Below, one piece after another: positions 12,301 to 25,639 of a stretch of DNA of 64,000 nt. The notes under the pieces are model-generated. The model saw only the letters and a program-made list of their open reading frames with translations. It was not told where the DNA came from and searched no databases. The stretch is taken from positions 2,418,001 to 2,482,000 of the forward strand of contig OZ193909.1 in assembly GCA_964276515.1 (NCBI GenBank), read 5' to 3'. The translations under genes were made by a program, and so were the position numbers. Origin of the DNA: Gordius albopunctatus. Lineage: Eukaryota. The stretch's first letter is position 1; each line of letters starts with the position of its first letter.

Positions 12301-15300
12301 AATTTGATGAATATTAGCAACGATAGACCTCAATCATCATCCCTGCCCACACCCATCGTAGCTGCCGATAGTCTCAAGTCTATCGCTTCGCAAATCGTTA
12401 TGGCCTCTTCTAATTTAAACACGCCTGCCCCCACCCACAACCAATCCGAAACTATTGGTAAGCAACGTTTTCAAAATTAAATGTTTTTATTATAGGGGGA
12501 AAGCCAGATATTAATTATAAGTCTACATGGTCGTAGCGAGCAATGATGATTTTGGAAGGGGCAAAATGATATTTTTTTGATATTTTAGCCGCCCCATAAT
12601 TTCAATTAATTTTTAGATTTAGAGGGGCTAGCCCCTTGACTACGCCCATATAAGTCTGTCCTCAAGTTAAATATCGTAAAAGCGAACCAGCGGGTATTAG
12701 CTAATCTATGTGCGAGAGCAAAATAAAAGCCTTTTACACAAGCACAAGTCGACAACCATTAAAAAATCGTCGAAGTTTTCACGGCAATTATTAAAAAATT
12801 ACAAATTTGGCAGGACGGACGGACGGACAACCGAAAGCGCGCCGATAAATTGCATAGAAATTATTAGTTTTTTTTGTAAGAATTGCCCAATTTGCCACGT
12901 TTTTGGTTTGTGAAAGTCGTTAGAGAAATAAAAATAGCGCGTTTGTGAATGACTTTGTAATTTTACGCTGGGAGGAAACTGAATCTGTTAATGCCTTTTA
13001 GGGCACTCTGTAAAAAGTGTTGAGCAATGGTCGTCTTCTATCCATTTGCTCCTAAAATTTTGTCGTGCCACAATTCCCTTGCTAACAGTTCCTTCCCATG
13101 TGTACATGGCGACATACTTGATACTGTAATCACAAAATTAAATGGAAAAAAGATCATCACGACGATGTATGTGTTGAGATTTGAGTAGTGTGCGAGTAAA
13201 GTTGATAAGTGATCCATATTAAAGAAACGACCGAGTTGTAGCGGTGCTACGTAAAGTTGAATGTTTTGGGGAGATCCCCAACTAACAACTATAGACTAGT
13301 GTGTTGTAAAATGGCTGGGTTTGGTTATACAGTCGAAACTTCTTAATCGCAAATCGGATTATCGCAAAAATCTTTTAATCGCGAAGTTAACCGCCATTTT
13401 GTTTTTTTTAAACGATAATATTAACAAAAACATCGTTTATTGACAAATCGCTTAACAGTACAATATCGGATATTCACAAACATTTTCGAGTCCTTAAATC
13501 AACCAGATAATTATATAAAATATCGTTTTATTGCGAAGCGTAAGAAATAAATATTTAATATAATGTACATATACTTTTATTTCCATCGTTTAATCGCGAA
13601 ATATCGATTAATCGCGAATTTTTTCCAGGCCCAATGCTTTGCAATTAAACGGTTATGACTGTAGTAGCCTACAAAGAAACAGATCAAAGGTTTTTTGGTC
13701 TGTTTTTCTTAGTCGACCACTAGGTTTAGCCGAAATTTGAAAAAGAGACCAGAGAGTCCACGGTTAGTCTCCGTTCAGCCGTTTTTACAACAGTTCTGTA
13801 GACTGGCCTGTGGTTTGCATTAAATTATATTAAGCGAGGTAGGCTCCACCATTTAAAGTGAGATGCAACTATATAACAACTATTTACAATATATTATTTC
13901 CCGTCAAAAAATTTCACCGAACATAAGTTTTTCCTTTGTCAAGATCTTGTGTTGGGCGATATAAGTTTTATATAAAGGTTGGAAGATAATTACATACAAT
14001 ATCTCGGCAAAAGAAGGCGTTTAATATGTTAGTATATGTCCCTAAGATGGCGGACTACAACCTAATTTAAAAAATATGGGCTGTTCGCCAGGTAGTTTAT
14101 ATTATTATTAGTCTTGGCCGTCAGCAGAACCCAAATTTTTTTTATGGTTGAAAAAGTTTATTTTCACCAAAACAAAGTTACTATAAAAGCGTAATACAAA
14201 AAAAGACATCCCAAACTACTATTGGTTAATCCGTAGGGTTTTTTTTTCGCAGGTCCCAAACGGACCGCCACTGAAGACCTGATTCAAGAGCAGCAATCTC
14301 GACGCTTGTGCATCTTGAAGCGTCTTCTGCGGGACCATCAACAACAGCAAGAACAGCATCAGGAGGATGCGGCGCCTGGGAGTTTGGAAATTAGTTCGTA
14401 CATCGATAATCTCAAGGATATCCTCCTTGCATCTTCTGCCGCCTCTGCATCCTCTAGTCACGTGACGGCTTCAACGGTCCTCGGCCAAGTTTTAGATGTC
14501 GGGCCTGTGCCTCTAGAGCCGATGCCCCCCATCCAAGCCCCGCCTGTTACGGACAATAAAAAGTAACGAGTCTCGAGAAAACTTGAAAGCATACATATAT
14601 ATTAAACTAATACGCCATTTATAGGCCGACCCCAGCTAGGAAATATAACCTGTCTGTCCAACTTGTTTCCCCTATTAAAAAAATTTTGATACTTGGTGAC
14701 ATTTTTAATTATTATCTGAAAATTAAAACTTAACCTATATTATTTTTTAAGATAAAATAATAATAAAATGAATTTTGCAGGGATATTTTGAAGTTATCAA
14801 GTGATTTTTTGCGTTACATTTTCTGTCAGTATATGAGAGACTTAACGGATTTAGGTTTAGGTGATTAAATAAATTTATCTTATTTTATTATATATTTACA
14901 AAATTTAAGGAGGTCAGCATTCGAATTCTATATGTAGTCTACAATTTCGATACATTTTTCTAGTACTACTTCGCTAGGACATGTGAACGGAAGATTATAA
15001 TTCCATAAGATGTCCTAAGATTTAATTTGTTTTGTGTTTTTAACATCAGATCTCAACTAACCTTTTAGAGATGAAAATGAAATGAAAATGAAATTACGGT
15101 GAGAGAGGGCAGATATTTTTGCGATATAAAGTAAATATTAACCCATGCAAATTTGGCACTTACACTATCTTAATCTGCATTCTAAATAGAATTTTACGAC
15201 AAGTCACAGGCATGCGCACTGTCAATTATATTGTCCATAAATGTAACGCAAAAATAAGACATAAATTTAACTTAATTTTAATCACAGACACTGCCCTAAA

Positions 15301-18300
15301 TTTATATTTTCGGGCCGGCCCGGGCGGGCACGATGATAGGATTCCGGCAATTCGGGCTTAATAAATTTTTTTAGATAATGTATTATTTTGTTACTTTTTT
15401 ATGTGATTGTATATAAAAATGGTAAAAGAGTTATGAAGCTTGATTTCGCCATCCGTCTCCAAGTTATTTCCATAATATTTGTCGGAACCACTCGATTTCC
15501 ATCAAGTCCCTATCCCTAGATACACGGAAAGGATAAAAAAATATTTATATTAGCCCTTTCATGGTTCCTAATTTAGATGCGCCGTCTATGCATAATAAAT
15601 ACAAAAGCGTCATGCCCAAATTGACACAATGCATGATGCAAGTGTTCCTTTAAACTCTATCGATAAATTATTGTTTTTTCATCACAAAAGTAAGTTCTAT
15701 TTTATTTATTACTAACGAAATAAAATGGCTGCTGTACAAAGTTGAGAAGTTATTTCAAAAATAACAGCCAGCAGGTTAAGCTAATTAAAACTATTTGAGT
15801 CATTTATTGTAAATATAAGAAAAAGTTTAATCCTTAAATCGAAAAACGATTTACAGATTCATTGAGGAAGTTTTGTCTCGAATGGTCGTAAGTGGACACC
15901 ACGGAGTTGAACAAGCTTTAAGGGCGGGGCCACCCCCCGACCCCAGAGGATTTCCTCACCCCCAACAAGGGCACGCCCTCTGTACCTTAAGGGGTGAGGC
16001 CGTAGTAACGCCTCTTCTAGCTGCCTCACCCCTAGGGCCAATCCAGATTGGACCGCCCGAGACTTATAGGGCGAGTTTGGTTGACAGAGTCTACAACTCG
16101 GAAACTGCTTTGCCCAAAGCTATGGATTCCGAAAAGACGAGGTAAATTTTTGGAATTTTAAAACTATTCGTGTTTTAATAAATGTTGGAAAATGTTATAA
16201 AAATTTGTGGGGAATCGTTGAATTATTGTAAATTTTAGGAAAATTGCTAAATGTATACTTTAAGAAACTGTATTATTTAGGATATTTTTGCGGGGTTTCA
16301 TTGTTTTTATATTGATTTCCGCTATATTTAACGTTTTCTTGTTAATTTGTGAGATCGATCCTAAAATTACTACCGAATAAATTACTATAAATAGTTGTGG
16401 GAGATGATGTTTATCTAAGAGTTCCAGCAGGTTTGTATGTATTGCTTTGTGGCCTAGAAAGTTTCTGTACCTTAAGTTTAACATTTTATTGTTTAACCAT
16501 CTATATATTTTAGAGGAAATTTTTTATTACTACCGGATAAATTTTAAAAGAGTTTTAAATTTATGTTAGTTTCTTTGAAAATTAATTTAATGCTAAGTGT
16601 GAAATGAATTTAGTTTCTTGTTGATTTTTCGCTATATGCTAACGTTTTCCTGAATGAAGGCTAAAAGGCCTTCTGCTTAAAAATCAGAGTTTTGTTGGAG
16701 TTTGTTTCGTGCCCATCATGATCTTTTTAAAATTACCATCTATTTTACCTAATTTGCAGAAGAGATTGCCTAAATTAATATTTCTTTTTTTGTCGCAAAG
16801 AAAAATTAGCATTTAATTGATAGGAGCTAATTATTATTATCTAAGAACAAATTATTTTGGCACCTTTTTAAATTAACATATTTTAATGTGATTTACATTA
16901 TAAATTGGAAGGGATTGGTTGTTTAGCATGATAAAGAATGTTGTTAAAACTTAAATTTAAGGCCTATTCGAAATTATTTATAAAATTGGTAAATTACACT
17001 GGTCAACAAATAATGGACTTGTGAAATTAACCTGCGAACTATTTGCAGATTCTGGTAGAGTTTTTTCACGGTGAACACAAATATGTTTTTAGTTTTATCC
17101 CTATACGTCAAGTTTTTGAAATATTCGCTGTCAAAGTTGCTAAAATCGCGTTTTTGGCAACTTTGACAGCGAATATTTAAAAAACTTTACGTATAGGTAA
17201 AAAACTAAAAATATATTTGTGTTCACCGTGAAAAACTCTACCAGCATCTGGCCGACAGTTTGCCGGTTAATTTTTCTTGTTGAACTTTGAATCAAGTTTA
17301 TAAATGTTATTATATTTATTTTCAAAATTTAGTAAGAAATTTAATCATAATTTTCTTTACACTCTATTAAAATTATTTTAAATTTTGCTATATTAAAGAT
17401 GGCTCCTGAATCGAACTCCTTACGGCACCCCTAGCTATTACAATAATCCGTCGTGTAGCATCGATAATTCGGATTTCTACCAAAGGCTTTCCACGGAAAC
17501 ACTTTTTTTCGTCTTTTACTACTTCGAGGTTTACCCTCACTTTAAATTGGCGCTAAAAGGGGCAATTTCCAATGCAAAAATTTTCTTTGAATGCTTTTCA
17601 ACTTCGCACTTTTTTTTTTATCTTAAATGATTGGATATTTGAATTTTTTACTTTTTAGGGTCTCCCGTGGGATACGTAGTATTGTATATATTGCCTAAAT
17701 GACATTCAAAAAATTTGCTATAAGTGGCAAGCTAAAGTTAAGTCCCCCCCCCCCATCCGCCACTGATCCAATCTCGGGCCACGTAATCAGTAGTGTTGTA
17801 AAAACGACCGACTTGGTTCAGTTTGATCCACCTTCGGCTCAACTAAAATTAGAGGGCGGGCCATTTTTCTAAATTTTGACTAAACCTAAAGGTCAAATAA
17901 GAAGAATAGACCAAAAAACGCGAGGTTTGTTTGTGTTTAGTCGACAGAATCCAACCCTTTTTACAATACTAGTAATCAGGGGAGCTCAAGTGTTCTTTTC
18001 CTAACGCGGCAGTTGGAGTGTTTCTCTTTGTTTTTAGTGCGTGTTGGTGACGGGAAATTATATGTACTTAGGGATTATATATATGCTAGGAGGAGTAAGA
18101 AGGAAAAGCGAATCCAGTGGTGTAGGCAGAGGGGGGTGGGGAGATACCATTTATGGTATACAAAAAAATTACATAAACTGTAATTTATTTAATTTCCTGG
18201 CTCGGCCTCGAACTGCCTTTCATGAAATGTCCAAAAATTTTCAGGGTTCCAAAGCGCAATACATGGCCGCTAAGGCATTGAAAAAATTATCGTGGAGGTT

Positions 18301-18550
18301 TCACACCAAATACCTCATGTGGTTTCAGAGGCACGAAGAACCCAAAACGATCACGGACGAATACGAGCAGGTTTGAAAGTTTGTTTTTATCCTCTCCGTA
18401 AAAATTAGTTTTTCATTAATTATTTCTAAAATCATGTTTTGGTAAATACAGGGTACCTACATCTACTTCGATTACGAAAAATGGAGTCAGAGGCGAAAGG
18501 AAGGCTTCACCTTCGAATACAAGTTTCTTGAAGACCGAGATCTCAGTTGA
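3321..18550 (+). CDS. CNOT3: CCR4-NOT transcription complex subunit 3 (Not3 N-terminal domain, disordered middle, NOT box), ~780 aa
   Basis: Phase-consistent GT-AG exons: 3321-3345, 3382-3449, 4944-5126, 5886-5999, 6950-7045, 7104-7217, 7905-8010, 8856-8947, 9283-9345, 10160-10341, 11178-11263, 11580-11686, 12301-12457, 14253-14562, 15857-16141, 17399-17528, 18245-18370, 18452-18550 (2343 nt). N-terminus [18 protein letters not shown]...[28 protein letters not shown]-terminus [16 protein letters not shown]...[19 protein letters not shown]...[15 protein letters not shown]. Low-complexity middle exons are less certain. Confidence 0.96.
8406..8641. mobile_element. Foldback MITE, diverged copy of the 17.0-17.3 kb family
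   Basis: Shares GTTCAACAAGAAAAAT, TGGTAGAGTTTTT.ACG, ATACGTCAAGTTTTTGA and TCAAAGTTGCTA with 17046-17250; partial inverted arm; CACGG...CAGTG ends. Confidence 0.6.
12526..12650. mobile_element. hAT-type MITE (CATGGGCGTAGCC family)
   Basis: TIRs CATGGTCGTAGC / GACTACGCCCATA; flanks TAAGTCTA / TAAGTCTG (7/8 TSD). Confidence 0.75.
13297..13795. mobile_element. hAT-type MITE (TAGTGTTGTAAAA family) containing a nested pogo/Tc1-like MITE at 13330-13661
   Basis: Outer ends TAGTGTGTTGTAAA / TTTTTACAACAGTT with flanks CTATAGAC / CTGTAGAC. Inner element TA|CAGTCGAAAC...GGTTATGACTG|TA with a TA duplication and repeated AATCGC(G/A)AA subterminal motifs. Confidence 0.75.
17046..17250. repeat. Loop-less foldback (~100-bp imperfect arms), MITE-like
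   Basis: CAGATTCTGGTAGAG...TCAAAGTTGCTAAAATCG|CGTTTTTGGCAACTTTGA...CTCTACCAGCATCTG, centred at 17148/17149; weaker pairing extends to ~17000-17285. Confidence 0.85.
17791..17971. mobile_element. hAT-type MITE (TAGTGTTGTAAAA family)
   Basis: TIRs TAGTGTTGTAAAAA / TTTTTACAATACTA; perfect 8-bp TSD GTAATCAG (17783-17790 and 17972-17979). Related pieces near 7700, 9477, 12072, 31818, 34740, 44807. Confidence 0.88.
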
Positions 18551-18741
18551 CGATAACTCGATCCGTTTTCTTGTATTAAAATTTGACATATCTCCCCATC
18601 TTAAACCCCTGACTTTTATGCCATTCATATATGTAAAATTTGTATCGCTAAAACTGCCTCGGTCAACTTGTTACCACTCGTACCCAACTCGTCGTCTGTT
18701 TATTTTAACGTCCTTTTTTTAAAACAGTTTATAACAAAATT

Positions 18742-18747
18742 AATAAA
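18742..18747 (+). promoter_or_regulatory. Candidate polyadenylation signal of CNOT3
   Basis: AATAAA ~190 nt after the stop, followed by a GT-rich tract (TGTTGTTGTTTT). Confidence 0.5.
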
Positions 18748-19597
18748 TAAATGTTGTTGTTTTCAGTTTGTTAAGCGAGAATTATAATGTACTAGAGGAC
18801 TTAATAAGGAACATGGGCTTAGCCAGGGGAAAAACCTAATACTAATAGCCTTCTTAACTTTAATTAATATAGACACCTGTTAGCAAATTTACACGGAAAT
18901 TAAAATTATTTTTTTTTAAATTAAATAATGAGGTTACTAGATGAGTTTGTATAATCACCCATTAATTTCCTGTAATTTGATTTTATATGGGCTTTAGAAA
19001 TTTTATTTACAAATGATGTAAGCTATGTTTATATACAAACATTGTTTGATTTAAAAGTTAAATTTTTATGAGTAGTATGATGACGTAGATGGTTGTATTT
19101 AATGAGTGTTCACGGAAAGTAGTAAATAGACTATATTAAGTCTCGCCGAATATTCTGGAATGATAGCTTTATTATGAAACACTTTATATTCCATTTTTTA
19201 AATCAAATCGCGTCTCAAATTTGAAATAAAAAAATTAGGAGCCTGGCCCGGGTTCAAGTTTTATATAATAAAATATTGGGCTAGTATTTTTCTGAAGTTT
19301 TTGAATATTTAACGCATAAAATTATAAATGAACAAATAAGATATTATATATTAATCTTCAAATTAACAAGCGTTGGCAATATCACCTATTTGTGAGATAT
19401 AAACTTCAGCTTCATAAACTTAAATTAAACTTTTGTCAATTTTTCTATTAAATCATGGTTAACGTTTCCATGCTTTTAGATTGGAGGCATAGGAAACATG
19501 ATATTTTACGTTTAATATCTTAAATAAACTTAGACCGTAAAAAATTTAAACATCTAAAAGTGAGGCTTTCGAATTTCTTATTTTTAGTGATTAGATC

Positions 19598-20300
19598 TAG
19601 TGCTGTAAATGAAAGGCGTTCAAATTTTATGAACGCGTTCATGAACGGCGTTCTCTTATTTATTGGGCAACTTTGAACGTGAACGCGTTTTAAAAAACCT
19701 TTTTATTTGAAAATTAATGTTAAACCAAATTTTTAACAAAAAAGTCTTATATTTTTTAATCAGCTGTTTTTCCTGTTTCCTATTACCAATTCCGAAATAC
19801 TTTTAACATACTATAACGTGCAAAAGAAGATAAGATTAAAGTTAATTAATTTGATATTATTAATTATAGTTTAATTTATAGGTTAATATGGACAATCATA
19901 ATATTATATCGTCGTCATCTTCAGATTCTGAATATTCAAAATCAGCAGATGAATTGAAATTGCCATGGCCAAAATATGAAAAATATTTTTTACACGTTTC
20001 ATGTAAAGGATCGAATTCAATAATTACCAAATGTAAAATGTGTCCAAAAAGTATTATCTCTGTATCCAGGTGGCCTTGGATTAAACTTCGAGAAAATGAA
20101 CCTCTAAAGAATAAACTTTTAGTGTTATTGAAAAAGGGATTGGAATCCCTAGAATTGATAATTAAATAGCTATCAATCCCGAGATATCATTTTTTGACGA
20201 GGAAGTAGGGGGCGGATTGGAGGATTCATTATTTCGTGTTTTTAAGCAATAGCAATTCGGGACTGACGTTCGTTATTTTACAACGTTCGACATTTCTGTA
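19598..20300 (+). mobile_element. Decayed hAT element with BED-finger-like remnant
   Basis: Starts TAGTGCTGTAAATGAA, with GAACGCGTTC/GAACGGCGTTC subterminal palindromes. ORF 19888-20169 has PWPKYEKYF...CKMC, resembling the first half of a BED zinc finger. Confidence 0.55.
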
Positions 20301-20979
20301 AGTTACACCGGTCCGGCTTGGATTTTAAAGCCTAAAATATTAAAAGCCAGACCCGGCCCGAAAATCTTGGACTCTCTGCAGGTCCATAGTTGAGGCTTAA
20401 GCATCAATCGGAGAGCAAAAAAATATACCAAAAATTGTGCGCACTCATTTTTTTGGCCCCTCCCCGCCTTATCCAAATCCTGGCTACGTCCATTAAAAAG
20501 AATATTTGTTTTTATATTCATCAGAAGTCACAATCAATTCTTTAAATTCTAAAAAGCGATACAATAGTAACCGCAACTAAAATATGTTGATTTACAATAA
20601 ATAAGGTTGTAAAGGTTGGTTTTTACATACGTCTAGTAATGTATTATATATTTATAGTGGAGGTATAACGGATTATAAAATTTAAAATGATTTGAAACAA
20701 TATTCGATTGTGGTAAGACTAAATAGTTCTCAAGATATATTATGCAAAATTTAGAGCTTATAAATATTATAGTTTTGATTTATATTGTAGTTTATGACTG
20801 CATTTTTGAGCTAAATAATGTTCACACCTTGTGTAATGGGAGCGGGAGGAGAGAAAGAAGCAAAATTCATTGATTGACGAGGACTTAAAACGAAAGAGTG
20901 GTATAAAATCTCAAAGGGAAGTTGAAAACAACAAACCGATCGTCGTATTATGATGCTGAGACTATTTGTGCTTTAGGAT

Positions 20980-22849
20980 TTACGAGTGATACAAGAGAAA
21001 TTCTTTGAGTGAGAGAGGTAGTTTAATTGTCGTTCCTACTTCGCGGCCCTTCGATTGGAATAATTCAAGGATGGTAGTGTCGGCAGCGGCGCCCAGATGA
21101 TCGCGCAATTTGGCACGACTCCACCATGTTAGAGGTGGGGGTGTTAAAGCGTGACTACGATAATCGTCTATCATACGCTCGATCTCGTACACGATTGCTA
21201 GAGGAAATCGGACCAAATTTTGCGATTGCCCCGCGACTGCCGACAACTTATTTATTGTACCCTCCAACATTTCAATTAATTCGCCCCGGGAAAAACCCCT
21301 CGCGAATCCCATTGTGCTCCTGTACACCAGCAACATGACGTACAGCGTGTTTCTCAAATCGAAACAACACCGTGAAGATGGCTCCTGCCGCTCAGAACTA
21401 AGGTTTCGTTCGTTTCGAACGAAATCATAATTTGAAACCAACTTATCCACTCGTTGGCAAAGGTAATGCAACGCGGTAAACCCGAGCGAATCCTTGATAT
21501 CGCACCGGGCGCCACCTAGCTTTATCAAATACTCGGCGCAACACATTTTACCCGTAGTTATGGCCTGATGAAGAGGCGTGCACCCGAGATTATCTTGTGC
21601 GTCCAAATCGATTGCACCGCCTAAATAATAACTTTGACGGGCAAAATCGAGGAGGGTATGTATTTTGCTTAAAGCGATGTAATCTCCATTTTGATTCCCA
21701 CTTTCCACAGCGCTAGCAGTGGCGAGGTAAGCGCGGAGAGAATTATCGATTCGAGTTGAAAGTCTATGCAAGAGGGGAGATTCATTGCGACACATAGTAT
21801 CGATATTACGGCTTTGATCATGATTGACGACCGTACTAATCAATGGTTTGGAGGCATTAGATGAGTGACCATCGTTTTTAAGTAAGATATGCAACGGTGT
21901 TTCCCCAAATTTGGTGCGACAATTGAAATTTAAGGCACTGGATGTGACAACTTTCTTAACATCATTCTTATGGCTATGATGACCCTTATCCGCGTGTTCA
22001 ATTGAGTCTTCTATATTGTGAGATGGTGAATTATATAAAGGCTGATTATGGAAATTTATGCCCATAACTTTGGTAAAATGTGAGTGCAAAATTATGGTCA
22101 ATGTTTCTAAACTCATTAAATGACTGTAATGTAAAGGAAAATGGCCACTAGCATCGGCTACATTTAATGATGCCCCAGCACAAATTAAAAACACTACGAT
22201 ATCTGGAGAAAGTTCATGGGCTGACGCACAAGCAATTGAAAGAGCAGTGTTTCCAGATGTATCTTTTTTATTGATGTTATGGCATGCTTCCAATATAATT
22301 CTAATAATATCTGCAATAAATTAACAATCATTATTATGAAATAAATCTTACAAAAAATTTATAATAATTAAATGGCTTTCATTTTAATATTATACCCATA
22401 TTTTTTCCTTGTACAGCAAAATGAATTGCTGAACGTTCTAAATAGTCACAAATGTGTAAATTTGCACCATTCTTTATAAACAGGGTAACAAGTTCAAAGT
22501 CTGCATTTAAACAAGCATAAAATAAGGGTGTCATCCCATCGCTATCAATTTGATTAACACTGCACCCTTTGTGTATAAGGAGAAGACCTGTATAAGAGCA
22601 ATTATAATGGTCTTGAGTATATTAATGACATTTATTAAAAAAAACATACAAATTACATTTCTTACACATAAAATAATCTCCATTTTGAGCAGAGATGCAT
22701 ATAGCCGGGCGCTCTTTATTACCAACACGATATCTAAAATCAACATCTGCTCCATTTTCAATCAAATTCTCAGCTTGTGTAACGTTCTTATTTTGAAGGG
22801 CTAAATAAAATTGACAAGGTATCTGCCAAGCTGATAGCGCAGCGGCCAT
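20980..22849 (-). CDS. Ankyrin repeat and SOCS box-containing protein (ASB-like E3 substrate adaptor), ~568 aa
   Basis: Exons 22849-22666, 22587-22396, 22310-20980 (GT-AG, phase 1/1, 1707 nt). Ankyrin repeats DGMTPLFYAC, SGNTALSIAC, FGETPLHIL, LGCTPLHQAI, LGFTALHYL. C-terminal SOCS box PPPLTWWSRAKLRDHLG...LPLSLKEFLLY. Confidence 0.9.
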
Positions 22850-24817
22850 TTAGTCAATATGTGACATAAGCACGATATTACTTTTTTAAACCGTAACGAA
22901 CATAGCAATTTGCAGTTTTATGGCATATAACTAAAAAAGAGTGGAATAATATCTGAATCTAATCTTGGGTTTGAAAGCAAAGTCTCGCCTCAAAATTAGA
23001 AAAATTTAGTTAAAGGCGCTAAAATTCTCAGCGTATTATATTCAGAATATTTTGTAGTAATTTTCTTAAACAATTAGGTTTCATTCGTCATGCATAATAT
23101 CTTGCACATTTATTTAATCTATAATAAAAATATATTATGCTACTAATAAACACAATAATTTAAAATGAATACTCATTACAATAAAACTAATGTAAATATA
23201 AAGGATTTTCTCATGGGGGAAGAAAAATGCAAAAAATTTTTCGACACTTTTATTTATAATGTAGCAAAAGCAAACTTCGCTTACAATATATGCGAAACTT
23301 CAAGTCTCTATATAACCAGCTTTGGAAAAATCTCCTCTCTTCATTAATCAGAGCATTTACTATCGATTTTATACCTTAAAAAAGGACATGGACCTTCAAA
23401 AAAAATTTCGAATTTTGGTCAAGGGGGCAGAAAATTCCCGCTTTCTGCCCCCTTGGCTTTTCGCCTGAATTGGTATATTAATCTAATAGCTTACCTATAT
23501 TTGGTCAAAAACTTTTGGCTAACAGGGTGCCTTTATTAACAGGTTAAAGCCAAAGTAACTCCTCATATTGAAATTCATGGTATCTATAGCATGCTCGATT
23601 TAATGTTTTATAATCTCAAAGGTGGGAATTTATAAAAAAAAAGGAAGCTAATACGAACTAAAGTTTTATAATAAAAAATAATTTATAATTAAATTTTTCT
23701 AGGTGTTTAATGTGTTGTTTAGAACTATTTAAAATTTCTTAGAAATTGCGAGTGTTAATTATACGAGAGAAGAGCAAAATAATAAAATACAAATAATTTA
23801 TACTCGAATCGAAATAATTGATGTTACAAGGCGTTTTGCACGCTTTATTCATGCATGCTTCATTTGAACCTAATTAAAATTTCTATCATTTAGAAACTGA
23901 GTATGCTCTAATTTTACAGTATCGATTAATGATATAATTAAACTAATAATTCATAATCCTCATGTATTATTAAATTGATTTTTGAAATTTTTAGATCACC
24001 GCCAACTTTATTAAAGCAAATGTAGTTGGCATAAGTTAAGATTATAAAATTCTGCCACGCGGATGGCTTATTACCGTGTCAGACATGGGTGAGCCATTTG
24101 TTAGAATTATAGCCGGGCTTGAACTGGTTTTAAAATAGACGGGCTCGTTACTGATAGGTCCTAGTCCGACCAGCATATGATGTTTATCAAATTTTATAAG
24201 TATGTGACTTTTTCAATAATTATTTGGTCAATATAAATTTTCTTCTACATTTATTCATAGGACTTGGGATTTTTTTTAAATAGGTTGATCAAGAATTTTA
24301 TATTTATTTATAAGGGTGAAAATTAACAAAACTAGGTAATTTTAGCTAAATAAAATTAACCTTTAATAATTTTTTCAAATAAATTTGACATAAATGGTTT
24401 TATGCAGCTACATGCGCTGGTGGGTCGCTTGTTAAATGAAATAAAAGCGATTTAAGACTGATGATTTTTTAACATGACTATTATTAAACATTTTGAACTT
24501 ATAAATAAATTATTGTTATAATAATTAATATTGACTAAAAATTACCAATCAAAAAGCAGCAAATATAGAAAAAAAATTAAGGGTCAAGACTGCACCCGTG
24601 CTTTGCAAGAAATTAGCGAAAAGGGCTCGGGTTTGCAATTCAATCTTAACGAGCCCTGGCTGGGATAGTGTTGTTAAATTTTCTATAACTTTGGGTGAAG
24701 TAAGCCTAAAGGTCCGTGTATATTTCTAGTTCAAACAATGGCCCTGGTTGGCATATTCAGAAGTATCCGACTTAGCTTTAGATTGCTGTTATGCTGATTT
24801 TTTTTGTTTTTTACGGT

Positions 24818-25306
24818 CTAGAGGGAGGGGGAGCCCCTAAAAATGGTTGATAATGACACAAACAATTTTTTAAATTAAGATTTTATCTCTGCTTTATGGC
24901 TTTATATTAAACTCCAACCTAACCCAAAAATTCTCATGACGCCCTATGAGCTTTTGAAAATATAATCGAGGCAATGCCTGATGCAACCATACTATTTTAT
25001 ATATTTTCCTGCCTTCCCATAAATATATGCACTAACGAGCAAAGTTTTTCCACTCTTAAAAGATTGAAAACCTATTTAAGAAATGTCTAAAGATTGAATG
25101 GATTGGTATCCCTAAGCTTAAACTTCTTTCCACATATGCAACAACCAGGCAAAAGAAAAATTAACATTGCTTTAAAATAAATATTTTTTATAAGGATATA
25201 TTTTATACACAAACCAAATAAATATTTTTAGGATATTACAAATAAAAATGCTACTATATATTTTTTGTTAATTCTCGACCCCTAAAAAATCGTGGCTACG
25301 ATCCTG
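24818..25306 (+). mobile_element. hAT remnant (C-terminal dimerisation domain), degenerate
   Basis: ~25000-25110 translates in pieces to ...EQSFSTLKRLKTYLRN...RLNGL; ends GGCTACGATCCTG. Confidence 0.7.
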
Positions 25307-25639
25307 GTTAGATCAGATATTATCCTCATTAACCTGTAGAAACTAATCGTTAATTGACTCGTGATTATCTCACGGTATACTAAATTAAATCACTTCTAAT
25401 AGTTAGTTGACTTAATCGTATTATTTCGTAAATAGCTCGTGGTGTACTACATTAAATTCACTTATGCAAAAACAAGCAATTGTTTGCCCTTAATTACTAC
25501 TTATTCGCTAACACTCCTATATACTTTATATTAAATAAAATATTTAATAAACCTCTTATACTTTTATTGGACAAAAAATTTTAACAAATATCACCTTTAA
25601 AAACATATAAATTTTCTGGATAAAATAACGTGATAAAAA

